Assembly: GCA_963749085.1 (NCBI GenBank)
Contig: CAVVLG010000002.1
Span: 293,033-357,032 of the forward strand
Direction: 5' to 3'
From: Candidatus Adlerbacteria bacterium
Lineage (GTDB): Bacteria; Patescibacteriota; Minisyncoccia; Phycocordibacterales; SBAW01
Length of the DNA: 64,000 nt
This document shows, in pieces, positions 28,401 through 38,651 of this stretch. The translations under genes and the position numbers were made by a program. The notes beneath the pieces were generated by a model that saw only the letters and a program-made list of their open reading frames with translations, had not been told where the DNA came from and made no database searches. Numbering within the stretch: the stretch's first letter is position 1; each line of letters opens with the position of its first letter.

Positions 28401-28469
28401 CTCAAAGGACGTCTGAGCAACCGAAACGGTGAACTTTCCTTAGTTACTGAAGCACTCAAGGCTCTCTAA
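25431..28469 (+). CDS. dnaE: DNA polymerase III alpha subunit (DnaE, 1012 aa)
   Basis: PHP domain (HLHVHSHYSLL), palm and fingers domains, and a C-terminal OB fold. Confidence 0.9.
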   Translation: MAAKFTHLHVHSHYSLLKALPKIPDLVKKAQEVGLDTLALTDIDNLYGAIEFYKECKAAGIKPIIGVDASIEGGRLLLLAENEMGYKNLLALVTESHLAEKPNIIMTREMLNAHVAGLIAVVPNNYRGKMDEYAKLFGKGHFYTNAALREIFYLKPDDRRAWETLRAIENRGIQDSNNLDSEEEVYFFPAEAQMEEYFTSNPEALQETLEIASRCNLEIPLGTWVFPDLALPKGVTPNEELRRLIEEGLTRKKMSGEAVRERIEYEFGIITSKGYAPYFLVVADLLRFARKHGILTTIRGSVAGSLITYCLDVTNVNPLEYNIPFERFLNPERPSAPDIDMDFADNRRDEVIEYTRKKYGEDKVAQIGTFGTMLARGVVRDVARALGYAYGIGDRIAREIPFGSQGFPMTLERALAENPELAKIYKGEEDVREIIDLGRKIEGCARHISVHAAGVVIAPRPLVEFAPIQKDPKGGKLITQYDMYSIEEAGLLKFDFLGIRNLAILAHSVELVEATRGKNLDIENVPLNDRKTFEMLARGETEGTFQLNGAGMTRFLKELRPTTIYDINAMVALFRPGPMESIPAYIERKHNPALVSYLDPRMKEYLGASYGLLVYQDDVLLTAIKIAGYSWLEADKLRKAMGKKIPIEMEAQKEKFTAGAAANGMSEKEAQTLWKLIEPFAAYGFGKAHAASYGKVAYQTAYMKANFPVEYMAAVLTAEAGDIDTVSVMVAECKRMGISVLPPDVNESFGDFTVVLGASKERTAKAAALAQSADQDAIRFGLYSIKNFGRGIADAILSERKLNGRYVTLADFLSRVKDQNLNKKALESLIECGALDQLGERGTMLFSIEILLEFHRDAVKEQSHESLFAGLNSSASELKLPPVAPATLSERLAWEKELLGLYVSGHPLDRFREKLAKRPMTLSELKLRVPPGMTAIAAGMIEDIRTILTKSGDQMAFIKLADFDGSIEAVVFPKSFAEYKNILKPESCVALKGRLSNRNGELSLVTEALKAL

Positions 28470-28473
28470 ATCA

Positions 28474-28502
28474 TTGACAATTTGGCCCTTTTGAGATAGC
28501 AT
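28474..28502 (+). promoter_or_regulatory. sigma-70-like promoter TTGACA-N17-TAGCAT driving the small ORF
   Basis: TTGACA at 28474-28479, a 17-nt spacer, TAGCAT at 28497-28502. The RBS GGGAGA lies 6 nt before the ATG at 28547. Confidence 0.4.
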
Positions 28503-28546
28503 ATTCACTGGAACGCTATTCAATTCTCATCTCAGGGAGAAGCGCG

Positions 28547-28768
28547 ATGGAACTCGGACCATGGAAAGCATGCCCGATTTGTTTTCCGACGACACACTAC
28601 CGCACCGAGCAATGCCCGACTTGCTTTCCGACGACACGCTCCCTGCCGACAAAGCACGGGCAGAGCGGACAAGACATCAGCATTCCAAGATCGACACCGG
28701 ACCAGCGGGACTATCTGGAATCAATAAAACAGTCGACGGGTCGGTTTGACCCAAACACTGTCATCTAG
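28547..28768 (+). CDS. hypothetical small protein with a duplicated CxxC half-site (zinc-ribbon-like)
   Basis: MELGPWKACPICFPTTHYRTEQCPTCFPTT... It has its own promoter, an SD and a downstream terminator. The overlapping frame (28561-28749, MPDLFSDDTLP x2) is an alternative reading. Confidence 0.3.
   Translation: MELGPWKACPICFPTTHYRTEQCPTCFPTTRSLPTKHGQSGQDISIPRSTPDQRDYLESIKQSTGRFDPNTVI
28570..28653 (+). repeat. imperfect tandem direct repeat (2 x ~42 bp, ATGCCCGA[TC]TTG[TC]TTTCCGACGACAC...)
   Basis: Seen directly in the sequence. Each unit encodes one CP[IT]CFPTT segment. Confidence 0.6.
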
Positions 28769-28789
28769 CCCTCCACTTGCAGAACATCG

Positions 28790-28821
28790 GCGGCCATCCA
28801 GGCCGTCGATTTCTTTTTGCC
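28790..28821 (+). terminator. rho-independent terminator after the small ORF
   Basis: GCGGCC-ATCCA-GGCCGT followed by CGATTTCTTTTTGCC. Confidence 0.4.
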
Positions 28822-28853
28822 AAAAAAATAAAGCGCGGTAATATGGAACAATT

Positions 28854-30077
28854 ATGGAAGAACGAGACCATAAAAAACTCGGCCCGGAATTAGAACTTTT
28901 TTATATCGACCAAACGGTCGGGAAAGGACTGCCTATGTTTTTGCCCAAGGGCGCTATAGTCAAACGGGAGCTAGAACGTTTTGTTATTGAGGAAGAGACC
29001 AAACGCGGCTATCTACATGTGCATACGCCCGACCTGGCACGCTTGGAACTTTACGAAAAGAGCGGCCACTATCCACACTATAAAGACTCGATGTATGCAC
29101 CAATAGAAATAGACGACGAGAAATTCATGCTCCGCCCGATGAGTTGCCCTCATCATTTTCAGATGTTCCTTTCGCGTCCGCACAGTTATCGTGAAGCACC
29201 CATACGCATCGCCGAATTGGCACAGCTCTATCGTTACGAACAAAGTGGCGAATTAATGGGTCTACAGCGCGTGCGCACCTTTTGCCTCGCTGACGCTCAC
29301 ATTATCTGCTCTTCTGAAGAACAGGCGGTCGAGGAAATAGGCAAGGCGCTCGATCTGATCGAATACATGGCAGGCGTCTTCGGTCTTAGGATAGGAAAGA
29401 ATTATCGGTTCCGTCTCTCCATGGGGGATCGCAATAACACTGAGAAATACTATAAAAATGACGCCGCGTGGGAAAAGGCTGAGGATCTTTTGCGCAAGCA
29501 TATGGTGAGTCGCGGAGTTGAGTTTGAAGAAGCTAAAGACGAAGCGGCATTTTACGGTCCGAAAATAGATATACAGATGAAGAACGTCAATGGCAAAGAG
29601 GATACCGCTTTCACCGTGCAATATGATTTCTGCATGCCGGATCGTTTTGATCTAACCTTTATCGGTGAAGATGGTAAACCGCATCGTGCGTTCGTTGTGC
29701 ACCGCTCTTCAATTGGTGCGATTGAGCGCTTTATGGCCTTCCTTATCGAGCACTATGATGGCGCTTTCCCCACGTGGCTCTCCCCCGTGCAGGTGCGGGT
29801 GTTGCCGATTGCCGATGCGCATAAGGACTTTGCGCGCGGGGTACTTGAGCAACTAAAGAATGCAGACATCCGCGCCGAGATAGATGAAAGTAACGAGACG
29901 CTCGGCAAAAAGATTCGGGAAGCGAAGACACAGAAAATTCCTTATGTCCTAGTCATGGGTGATAAAGAAATGACCGATAACACGGCAACGCTTGAGGGCC
30001 GCGAAGGCAAAGTGGGCACATTCTCCGTTCCAGAAATCATTTCAAAATTAAAGCAAGAAATTGACGCTCGCGCGTAA
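28854..30077 (+). CDS. thrS: threonyl-tRNA synthetase, catalytic plus anticodon-binding domains only (407 aa, no N-terminal TGS or editing domains)
   Basis: Starts at the ERDHKKLG motif (the HRDHRKLG equivalent). RPMSCPHH, class II motifs 2 and 3 and the C-terminal anticodon-binding domain are present. Confidence 0.85.
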   Translation: MEERDHKKLGPELELFYIDQTVGKGLPMFLPKGAIVKRELERFVIEEETKRGYLHVHTPDLARLELYEKSGHYPHYKDSMYAPIEIDDEKFMLRPMSCPHHFQMFLSRPHSYREAPIRIAELAQLYRYEQSGELMGLQRVRTFCLADAHIICSSEEQAVEEIGKALDLIEYMAGVFGLRIGKNYRFRLSMGDRNNTEKYYKNDAAWEKAEDLLRKHMVSRGVEFEEAKDEAAFYGPKIDIQMKNVNGKEDTAFTVQYDFCMPDRFDLTFIGEDGKPHRAFVVHRSSIGAIERFMAFLIEHYDGAFPTWLSPVQVRVLPIADAHKDFARGVLEQLKNADIRAEIDESNETLGKKIREAKTQKIPYVLVMGDKEMTDNTATLEGREGKVGTFSVPEIISKLKQEIDARA

Positions 30078-30079
30078 CA

Positions 30080-30103
30080 AAAATCCCCCTTCGGGGATTT
30101 TTG
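30080..30103. terminator. bidirectional rho-independent terminator
   Basis: AAAATCCCCCTTCGGGGGATTTTTG, an essentially perfect hairpin with an A-run and a T-run. It lies between convergent thrS and the 30143 gene. Confidence 0.65.
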
Positions 30104-30142
30104 CAGGACAATGTTTTGGAGCTTCGCTCTTCCCCTTATGAG

Positions 30143-31366
30143 TCAGGCGTGTGCGCGGTTTATCTGAGAGAGCACGAATGAATCTATCATGTCGCTTTCA
30201 TCAGTAAGCGGTGCATTTTTGACCGCAGAGACTTTCGGGTTTATGAGAGCGGCGATCTGCACTGCAAGCGCGTTGATGTCTATATTCTGAGACTGAACCG
30301 TAGCTTCCGGGGTAGATTTAGCTATAGCAGTCTTCGAAGTACCGAGGAGGAATTTCTTTATTGAATTCAATATCCTGTTCTGCACGCGCTTTATGACGAT
30401 GAGATACGCGGCCGCAAGACACCACAACACCAGGAAGCTCCAGTACAATATGAGTTGCCAGAGACTAAGATCAAGGCCAGTGTACGGCACTTGGCTAAGT
30501 GTTACGTACGGAGACGGGTTGTTGTAAGCGATAGGGGGATTGTAGAGGACCGGAGGCTGGCAAGTTTCATAGCCATAGCAACCACAAGTGTTACACGTAG
30601 GCGTGGGAATGTAAGAGTAGGGGTTTGTGTATACAGGCGCAGGTGTCGATGCCGAAGCTACATAGACGGTTTGGGTTTGCGTCTGTGTTTGCGTAGGCTG
30701 GCTGACGATCTCCGGGGGACTATACGTATCATTCACCGTTGAAGTATTGCCACTATCGATGGTGACCGGGGCATAGGTCGAGGTATTGCCATTGTCGGTT
30801 ATGGTCGTAGTGGTGTCACAGGTGTTAGGAGTGGTACAAAAACTTGTATTGCCGTTGTTGGAGGTATTGGTATTAGTATTGACGTTGGTATTGGAATTGG
30901 AAGGCGCGACCGGCGCAGTGATGTAACCCGGGGCGCTATAGCCAGGCGATGTGAGATAACTGCTGCCGGTCAAATAACCACCGGTCGTGTAACCCGAGCC
31001 AGCAAGGTAGCTAGGGCTGTAGGAGTAGCCAGAGCTGTAGGTATCCGGAGAGTAGCTGTAGGAGCTATCCGGAGAATAATCATATGAAGTATCCGGAGAG
31101 TAACTGTATGAAGTGTCCGGAGAGTAACTGTATGAAGTGTCCGGAGTATAGCTCCCGACATCACCACAACATCCGCCACTATAGTCACCGCCATCGTCCT
31201 CCTGCGCGTATGCGACATGCACAAACGGTGAAAGAGATGAGATAGAAAAGCCACCGACCACAAGGACAGACACGACAAACAGGCCACTGAGGCCGCTTAA
31301 AATATCCTTATGTACCAAGGTAATCTTCATAATTAACGATGCGATTATACTTATAACTTTTATCAT
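30143..31366 (-). CDS. low-complexity surface/membrane protein with (SYSPDTSY)n repeats; candidate sortase substrate
   Basis: Signal peptide (..VHVAYA|QEDD), a CCG, ~5 octad repeats YSPDTSYS, an Asn/Thr-rich stalk, then VPYTG-LDLS plus a 24-aa TM (LWQLILYWSFLVLWCLAAAYLIVI) plus KRVQNR, followed by an extra ~70-aa tail. Confidence 0.5.
   Translation of the reverse strand: MIKVISIIASLIMKITLVHKDILSGLSGLFVVSVLVVGGFSISSLSPFVHVAYAQEDDGGDYSGGCCGDVGSYTPDTSYSYSPDTSYSYSPDTSYDYSPDSSYSYSPDTYSSGYSYSPSYLAGSGYTTGGYLTGSSYLTSPGYSAPGYITAPVAPSNSNTNVNTNTNTSNNGNTSFCTTPNTCDTTTTITDNGNTSTYAPVTIDSGNTSTVNDTYSPPEIVSQPTQTQTQTQTVYVASASTPAPVYTNPYSYIPTPTCNTCGCYGYETCQPPVLYNPPIAYNNPSPYVTLSQVPYTGLDLSLWQLILYWSFLVLWCLAAAYLIVIKRVQNRILNSIKKFLLGTSKTAIAKSTPEATVQSQNIDINALAVQIAALINPKVSAVKNAPLTDESDMIDSFVLSQINRAHA
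31022..31150 (-). repeat. 24-bp tandem repeat encoding the SYSPDTSY octads
   Basis: GTATCCGGAGAGTA[AG]CTGTA[TG]GAAG units are visible on the plus strand. Confidence 0.7.
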
Positions 31367-31431
31367 GTCAAGAGAAAAAAGAAAAGAGGTGGTTGGGTGG
31401 CGGATTGAACGCCGTCACCCAACTTAACAAA

Positions 31432-31932
31432 CTACTTCCTCGCCCAGTCGGGATCAATCTCCGTTCCGGTGAGAGACATCCGAATGTATCCCCTTCCTTT
31501 TTCGTGTGCCTCTTGCAAGGCACGCGATATTGAAGGTATTTTCCGGACCGAATGGTGACCGGTAATGGCGTTACCGTTATCGCACAAATCGACTTTGTCG
31601 ATTTGATGCGACCGCATCCATTGGGCACCGACGCAGGTGTGTCCTTCGAGATCGAATTCTTTCAGGATGGGCGCCCGTACCAGCACACCGTTTGATTCGA
31701 AAGTGAGCAGTGCGCGCCGGTTGCCGACCTGGTCCCACACCACGCAGACGAGCGCGATGTTAGTTGGGTGTGCCTGCGAAGGTTGACCTTTGAGGGCGTC
31801 ACAGGGACCCTGGCATTTCGGACGGGGTGGCACGACGGGATTTGGCGCTGAAATATCAGCCGCATAGGCGGATGATACCATGAGCACAAGGAAGAGTAGG
31901 TTTCCAAAGATCTTACGCATGTCATCCTCCAC
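31432..31932 (-). CDS. hypothetical secreted Cys-containing protein
   Basis: Signal peptide MRKIFGNLLFLVLMVSSAYA, then PRPKCQGPCD and 6 more Cys. Confidence 0.4.
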   Translation of the reverse strand: MEDDMRKIFGNLLFLVLMVSSAYAADISAPNPVVPPRPKCQGPCDALKGQPSQAHPTNIALVCVVWDQVGNRRALLTFESNGVLVRAPILKEFDLEGHTCVGAQWMRSHQIDKVDLCDNGNAITGHHSVRKIPSISRALQEAHEKGRGYIRMSLTGTEIDPDWARK

Positions 31933-32061
31933 GGGTTATGCGTTACTCTCCTTTGACGAGAGTCTGGATAAAGACCTAAGTAGATCTACAACCAGAAACT
32001 AACCAAAAAGGTAGTCCGGGTGGCGTGCGTAGAAATGCACGCCACCGGACAAGAAGTGAGT

Positions 32062-32355
32062 TCAGTTCGCTTTGCACCATCCGGTACCAGGCCCCGTAAC
32101 GTTGGTGGGCCGGCCATCGGGGGTACAGCGCCACTGGTCTTGGATTGGGACGTCGAACGGGCGTTGCATCGTCCCTTGGACGACTCTTCCACCGTGATTG
32201 CCACCGTAGGCCGGGGGGGCGCCGTAGCCTCCACCTTGGTAGGACGGCGGTGCAGATGGAGGGCCGAGATAGGCTTGGGCTCCGACACCTCCAGCACAGT
32301 TACACAGTGAAAGAAGGCCAACGAGAACTGCCGAAGTCAACACTGACTTCTTCAT
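32062..32355 (-). CDS. hypothetical small secreted Gly/Pro-rich protein
   Basis: Signal peptide MKKSVLTSAVLVGLLSLCNCAGG. PPSYQGGGYGAPPAYGG. A C-terminal C...C loop. Confidence 0.35.
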   Translation of the reverse strand: MKKSVLTSAVLVGLLSLCNCAGGVGAQAYLGPPSAPPSYQGGGYGAPPAYGGNHGGRVVQGTMQRPFDVPIQDQWRCTPDGRPTNVTGPGTGWCKAN

Positions 32356-32475
32356 GAGATTCCTCCGGGTTTGCGCCTTGCAATCAAGGCTAAGGGACGT
32401 CTAGTACCCGCTGTCGAGTGTATCACCTATCTAGGTTCTTGTCAATACCCTCCCACAGAAGGTGCCGGAAATCGC

Positions 32476-33108
32476 TTACTGTGCAAGGGCGTACGAGCCC
32501 ACAAAGTCGGCCATCACAATAAAGCGGTTAGATTTGGATGCGAAGGAGTCGCAGGTCACCAGGGTGAGATACATGCCGTCCGAAGGCAGCGGAATGAAAT
32601 CGTCAGTGGCGTTTGCGACCTTCACACTGATAACGCTGTAGCGGTATTCAGTCGTTACCGAATAGACGCTCACGATGTCCCCTTCTTTGAGGTTCTGAAT
32701 GCCGTCGAAAGTTCGATATTCCTGGTCGTTGAGAATAGGAAGATAGGAGGAGTGGCCGAAGATAAGCACCGTGCCGTTAACGCCGAGATCGGCAGAGGTC
32801 GGATAGTGAACCGCACCCTGAAGCAGATCGGCATCAAGCGTAGTGATATCGGTGGTGGTCGGATCCTGAACTACAATATCAAGTCCTATCGTGCTCGCGA
32901 CAATACGTACCGGAGCCTCCGGTGTTCCTGAGTTGGTAACGGCAACATTGGTCGTTTGCGGCTCAGTGCTCGGTGTGGGCGCATCAGGTGTGGCACCCAC
33001 TGCGGCAAGAAAGAGAAGCGTGAGTATGAAAAACGCAAAAAAGACCACCGTGAACATCACGGGGCGTTCGGCTATTTGTGCTATGGCTCCGCGATTGCTG
33101 CTATCCAT
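32476..33108 (-). CDS. sortase (transpeptidase), membrane anchored
   Basis: N-terminal TM helix, LIFGHSS (catalytic His), TLVTC (catalytic Cys, TLxTC motif), and a conserved Arg region. Confidence 0.75.
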   Translation of the reverse strand: MDSSNRGAIAQIAERPVMFTVVFFAFFILTLLFLAAVGATPDAPTPSTEPQTTNVAVTNSGTPEAPVRIVASTIGLDIVVQDPTTTDITTLDADLLQGAVHYPTSADLGVNGTVLIFGHSSYLPILNDQEYRTFDGIQNLKEGDIVSVYSVTTEYRYSVISVKVANATDDFIPLPSDGMYLTLVTCDSFASKSNRFIVMADFVGSYALAQ

Positions 33109-33215
33109 AGATAGCTCAAGACTACCCTAAATAATCTTATTTGTCAATAGCCCTATATAAAACAACGTTTATGGGAACTTGACAAGCCTCACGCACTATG
33201 CTAGGTTAGCGCCGT

Positions 33216-34385
33216 ATGGAAACCCACGAAGAGTCGTCCACCAAGGACATTTTTCTCCGGACCATTGCGGTCTTGGGCCTCATCGCCGTTTTGCTTCTGG
33301 GCGCATGGGGTATTATCCAGCTTGCAATAGCCCTGCCCGGCATTTTCGGTCAGATAGGCGGCGGCGTCTCCAATGTTTTTACCAGTACTCCCAAAGAGAG
33401 CCTCTCGGTTTCGGCTCCGGCGAGCGCTACTTCGGGACAGTCATTTAGCGTTTCTTGGGATCATACCGGCGGAAGCGATACTTATTCCTACACGCTCTCC
33501 TACGCGTGCGAAAGCGGTCTCTCGCTTAAAGCTCCTGTGCCTACCGGCAGCTACGAAAGCGTCGCATGCAATACCCCGTTTGATTATGTAAACGCCAGCG
33601 ACAACATGACGGTCATTCCTTCTCTAACTGGTACCAACAGTGCCTCGCTCGTCATCACGGTTTCTTCGACCGATCTGTCGACAGGCGCCATTACGACTAC
33701 CGGTTTGGCAACAACCAACGTCACTACTGGCGCAGCTCAATCGAGCACATATACGCCCCCGCAAACGACTGCCTCCGCTGCTCCGACAGTCTCTTATAGA
33801 CCAGCTCGGGTACGCGCACCGCTCTACGGGTATCCTCAATTCGCGATCGTGTATAACTCAACGACTCCGAACGGCTCGCTCATTACAGTGACCTTCACGG
33901 TCGAAAACGTCGGCACTAATGTAATTCCGAGCGGATGGATGTTTGATGCGCTCTTACCGGTAAATGGCGGCTATACTTTTGAGAGCCAGCCACAGCAAGC
34001 ACTCTACCCGGGCGATAAAATCGTGTACAGCTTGAGCTTCAATAACTCGTACGGTTACACGAACTATTCGAATGGATACAATCCGTCTGAATACGGCTAT
34101 TCTAGTCCTGACTACTACACGGGATACGCTTATGAGAATGGAAATAGTTCCTATACGTGCAACTATTATGGACCGTGCGACATTCCGGGATACACGACTT
34201 CGTATCAAACGCCTTCCTATGTAAGTCCGTATCCGGTTGGCTATAGCTACGGATCCAATAGTTACGGCTACGGATCTCCCTACGGCACTGCTGGCACCGT
34301 AACCATCACCGTTGACCCCTCAGGCTTGATCTACGAACTTAATAGAAGCGAAAATACTCTCACAATTCCTATTCCGGCTTATTAA
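33216..34385 (+). CDS. membrane-anchored secreted protein with a Tyr/Ser/Gly-rich C-terminal region
   Basis: N-terminal signal anchor. C-terminal YGYSSPDYYTGYAYENGNSSYTCNYYGPCDIPGYTTSY... Divergent from the sortase gene. Confidence 0.4.
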   Translation: METHEESSTKDIFLRTIAVLGLIAVLLLGAWGIIQLAIALPGIFGQIGGGVSNVFTSTPKESLSVSAPASATSGQSFSVSWDHTGGSDTYSYTLSYACESGLSLKAPVPTGSYESVACNTPFDYVNASDNMTVIPSLTGTNSASLVITVSSTDLSTGAITTTGLATTNVTTGAAQSSTYTPPQTTASAAPTVSYRPARVRAPLYGYPQFAIVYNSTTPNGSLITVTFTVENVGTNVIPSGWMFDALLPVNGGYTFESQPQQALYPGDKIVYSLSFNNSYGYTNYSNGYNPSEYGYSSPDYYTGYAYENGNSSYTCNYYGPCDIPGYTTSYQTPSYVSPYPVGYSYGSNSYGYGSPYGTAGTVTITVDPSGLIYELNRSENTLTIPIPAY

Positions 34386-34411
34386 CGTTTTCAGATTCAA
34401 ATGCCTTTGCC

Positions 34412-34439
34412 AAAACTCCCGCTCGTAGCGGGAGTTTTG
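34412..34439. terminator. bidirectional rho-independent terminator
   Basis: AAAACTCCCGCTCGTAGCGGGAGTTTTG. It abuts the gyrB stop and serves the convergent plus-strand gene. Confidence 0.6.
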
Positions 34440-36515
<2,076 letters not shown>

Positions 36516-36560
36516 TTAAAAGCAGAAAGCCCCTCGGGCTCTACCCCTCAATTGTAGCAG
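36516..36560 (-). promoter_or_regulatory. candidate gyrB promoter with an extended -10 TGCTACAAT
   Basis: The reverse complement reads ...TTTTCTGCTACAATTGAGG... Confidence 0.3.
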
Positions 36561-36656
36561 AAAAGTGGTCAAAAAGGAAGCCCGAAAGTGGATAAAAAAC
36601 ATTGCAAAATAAGGATAAAGTGGTACTATTTGGACAGAAAGAAACGGGAGTAAACC

Positions 36657-36860
36657 ATGAGCAGGAAAACCTTGTGGTGTCTGGCAGGAATCATCTGTAT
36701 CGCACTTCTCTCAACAGCAGAATCTACGACCGCTCAGACTAGGTCAAAGCTCGTATTCAGTCCGTGGGAGGAAGTGCCCGAGCCCGGCATCCATCATCGC
36801 GTCAAACGATCGAAAAAGCCTCACCACAAAAGTCTCTGGCACATTATTTCAAACGATTAA
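36657..36860 (+). CDS. hypothetical small secreted protein
   Basis: GGGAG SD. Signal peptide MSRKTLWCLAGIICIALLSTAES. 67 aa. Confidence 0.2.
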   Translation: MSRKTLWCLAGIICIALLSTAESTTAQTRSKLVFSPWEEVPEPGIHHRVKRSKKPHHKSLWHIISND

Positions 36861-38650
36861 CGAACCTCCCAGCCGCTCCCCTTGAGGGCGGCTGTTACTT
36901 TTTCCATTATTGCGTTTACTTCAACTTCAGTGAGCGTACGTTCAAACGATTGGAACACGAGCCGAAACGCGAGAGATGTCCTCTCCCCTTTTTCAAATCG
37001 GTCAAACAGTTCGATGCGAACAAGCAAACTGCCTCCTTCTTCCTTAATCATCTCTAATACGTCCTGCGACTCTGTATCCAACGACACCCACAAAGCTATA
37101 TCACGCACGATGTAGGGATATCTTGAGAACGGTTGGAATCGTATGGCATCGGACAACGGGAGACGCTCATATGATGTGGCATCCAAAGGTGTAAGCGGAA
37201 TTTCGGTCTGTTCTTTTTCAGAAACGCTGCCGAGCATGACTTTCTCTTTCCCATCCTTCCACACTGCCCCGATCTCAAATAGTTTTATCTCTCCCAAGCC
37301 AAGAAGTTCTTTATTGTGTTTATTTCTTTCAAACGCTTTGATAAGGCCGTCGAGCAAGGTTGAACGTAGATATGGTTTTACGCTATCAACTTTATTCAAG
37401 ACCGCGCGCTCCCCCCTATCAGCAAAAACTGAGGTAAAGACTTCAGAGTATCCCTTTGAAATCATCCCCTCACGGATGTGTTCTGCGGTATAGAAGTTTT
37501 TGTTGATTGCTGGTTTTTTAGGGAACGGCGGCAATGCGGTTGCAAGAACTTTGTCATAGCCGATAATACGACCGATTTCTTCTATCAGATCTTCGGGAAT
37601 TTGCAGATCAAGTCGCTCGGGCGAAACCGCGACCGTGAATACGTCCCCTGTTTGTGCAAAATCAAAATCCAACCGTGAAAAAGATTCCTGTATTTCTTTC
37701 TCGCCGAACGTCGCACCGAGTACATGCTGCACTCCCGTCACCGAGACGGAGACACTCCAAGTTGGTTGGGGTTTTGGATAGGCATCGACAAACCCCACCA
37801 CCTCCCCGCCCACCATATGCTGAATAAACTCAACCATTCCCTGCATACCGAGGGCGGCTAACTCTGGGGACAGCACCTGCTCAAAGCGTATTGATGCATC
37901 GGTACGCAACTTTAGTACTTGCGCGGTCCTACGAATAGCAGCGCCGTCAAAGTTCGCCGATTCAATAATGATATCGTGCGTCTCCTCGGTGATGCCTGCA
38001 GGGAGGCCCCCTTTCACTCCGGCGACACCGATTGCTTCATTTTTATTCGCGTCTGCAATCACGAGTATCGATCTGTCGAGTGTGTATTCTTTTTTATCCA
38101 GTCCTATAAATGTTTCTCCCTTTTGTGCGTTACGCACCGCGATAGCGTAGGTATTGTCTTTTGCTTGAAGCTTGCTGGCGTCAAAGGCATGGAGCGGCTG
38201 CCCCAGATTGAACATGACAAAGTTCGTCGCGTCTACAACGTTATTTATCGAGCGCTGGCCCATCGCCTCTAATCTCTCCTTCAGCCATTTAGGCGATGGG
38301 CCCACCTTTACCCCCTTTATATAGCCTGCAATATAGCGTTTGCAGAATTCTGGATTATCTATCATCACGGACACCGCGGTAGTCTTTTTGGAAATATCCG
38401 ACCGGGTGTCAAAGGGATCGTGGGTCAACGGCACCGTGAGTATTGCCGAGAGTTCTTTGGCAATGCCGCGGTGGCATAGGCAGTCATGCCCGCGATTGGG
38501 CGTTACCTTGACGTCGAGTACGGCATCCTCTCCGACTCTCTCTATCCCTTCTATTTCAAACGCATGGAGGGTAAGCGCCTCTCCGAGTGCCTCCGCGCTC
38601 GGGAGTTCGACATCAAAAAACTTAGTGAGCCACAGGCGGGAGATTTTCAT
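36857..38650 (-). CDS. pheT: phenylalanyl-tRNA synthetase beta subunit (short form, 597 aa)
   Basis: B3/B4 and B5 domains plus a catalytic-like core. Immediately downstream of pheS. Confidence 0.85.
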   Translation of the reverse strand: MKISRLWLTKFFDVELPSAEALGEALTLHAFEIEGIERVGEDAVLDVKVTPNRGHDCLCHRGIAKELSAILTVPLTHDPFDTRSDISKKTTAVSVMIDNPEFCKRYIAGYIKGVKVGPSPKWLKERLEAMGQRSINNVVDATNFVMFNLGQPLHAFDASKLQAKDNTYAIAVRNAQKGETFIGLDKKEYTLDRSILVIADANKNEAIGVAGVKGGLPAGITEETHDIIIESANFDGAAIRRTAQVLKLRTDASIRFEQVLSPELAALGMQGMVEFIQHMVGGEVVGFVDAYPKPQPTWSVSVSVTGVQHVLGATFGEKEIQESFSRLDFDFAQTGDVFTVAVSPERLDLQIPEDLIEEIGRIIGYDKVLATALPPFPKKPAINKNFYTAEHIREGMISKGYSEVFTSVFADRGERAVLNKVDSVKPYLRSTLLDGLIKAFERNKHNKELLGLGEIKLFEIGAVWKDGKEKVMLGSVSEKEQTEIPLTPLDATSYERLPLSDAIRFQPFSRYPYIVRDIALWVSLDTESQDVLEMIKEEGGSLLVRIELFDRFEKGERTSLAFRLVFQSFERTLTEVEVNAIMEKVTAALKGSGWEVR

Positions 38651-38651
38651 C

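Noticed and set aside
28561-28749. The alternative 62-aa frame (MPDLFSDDTLP x2) over the tandem repeat
   Set aside because: It lacks the SD and start-codon context that the 28547 frame has. It is kept only as an alternative in the finding.
33216-34385. The plus-strand Tyr-rich protein as a sortase substrate
   Set aside because: Its hydrophobic segment is N-terminal (a signal anchor). There is no C-terminal PxTG-TM-basic signal.
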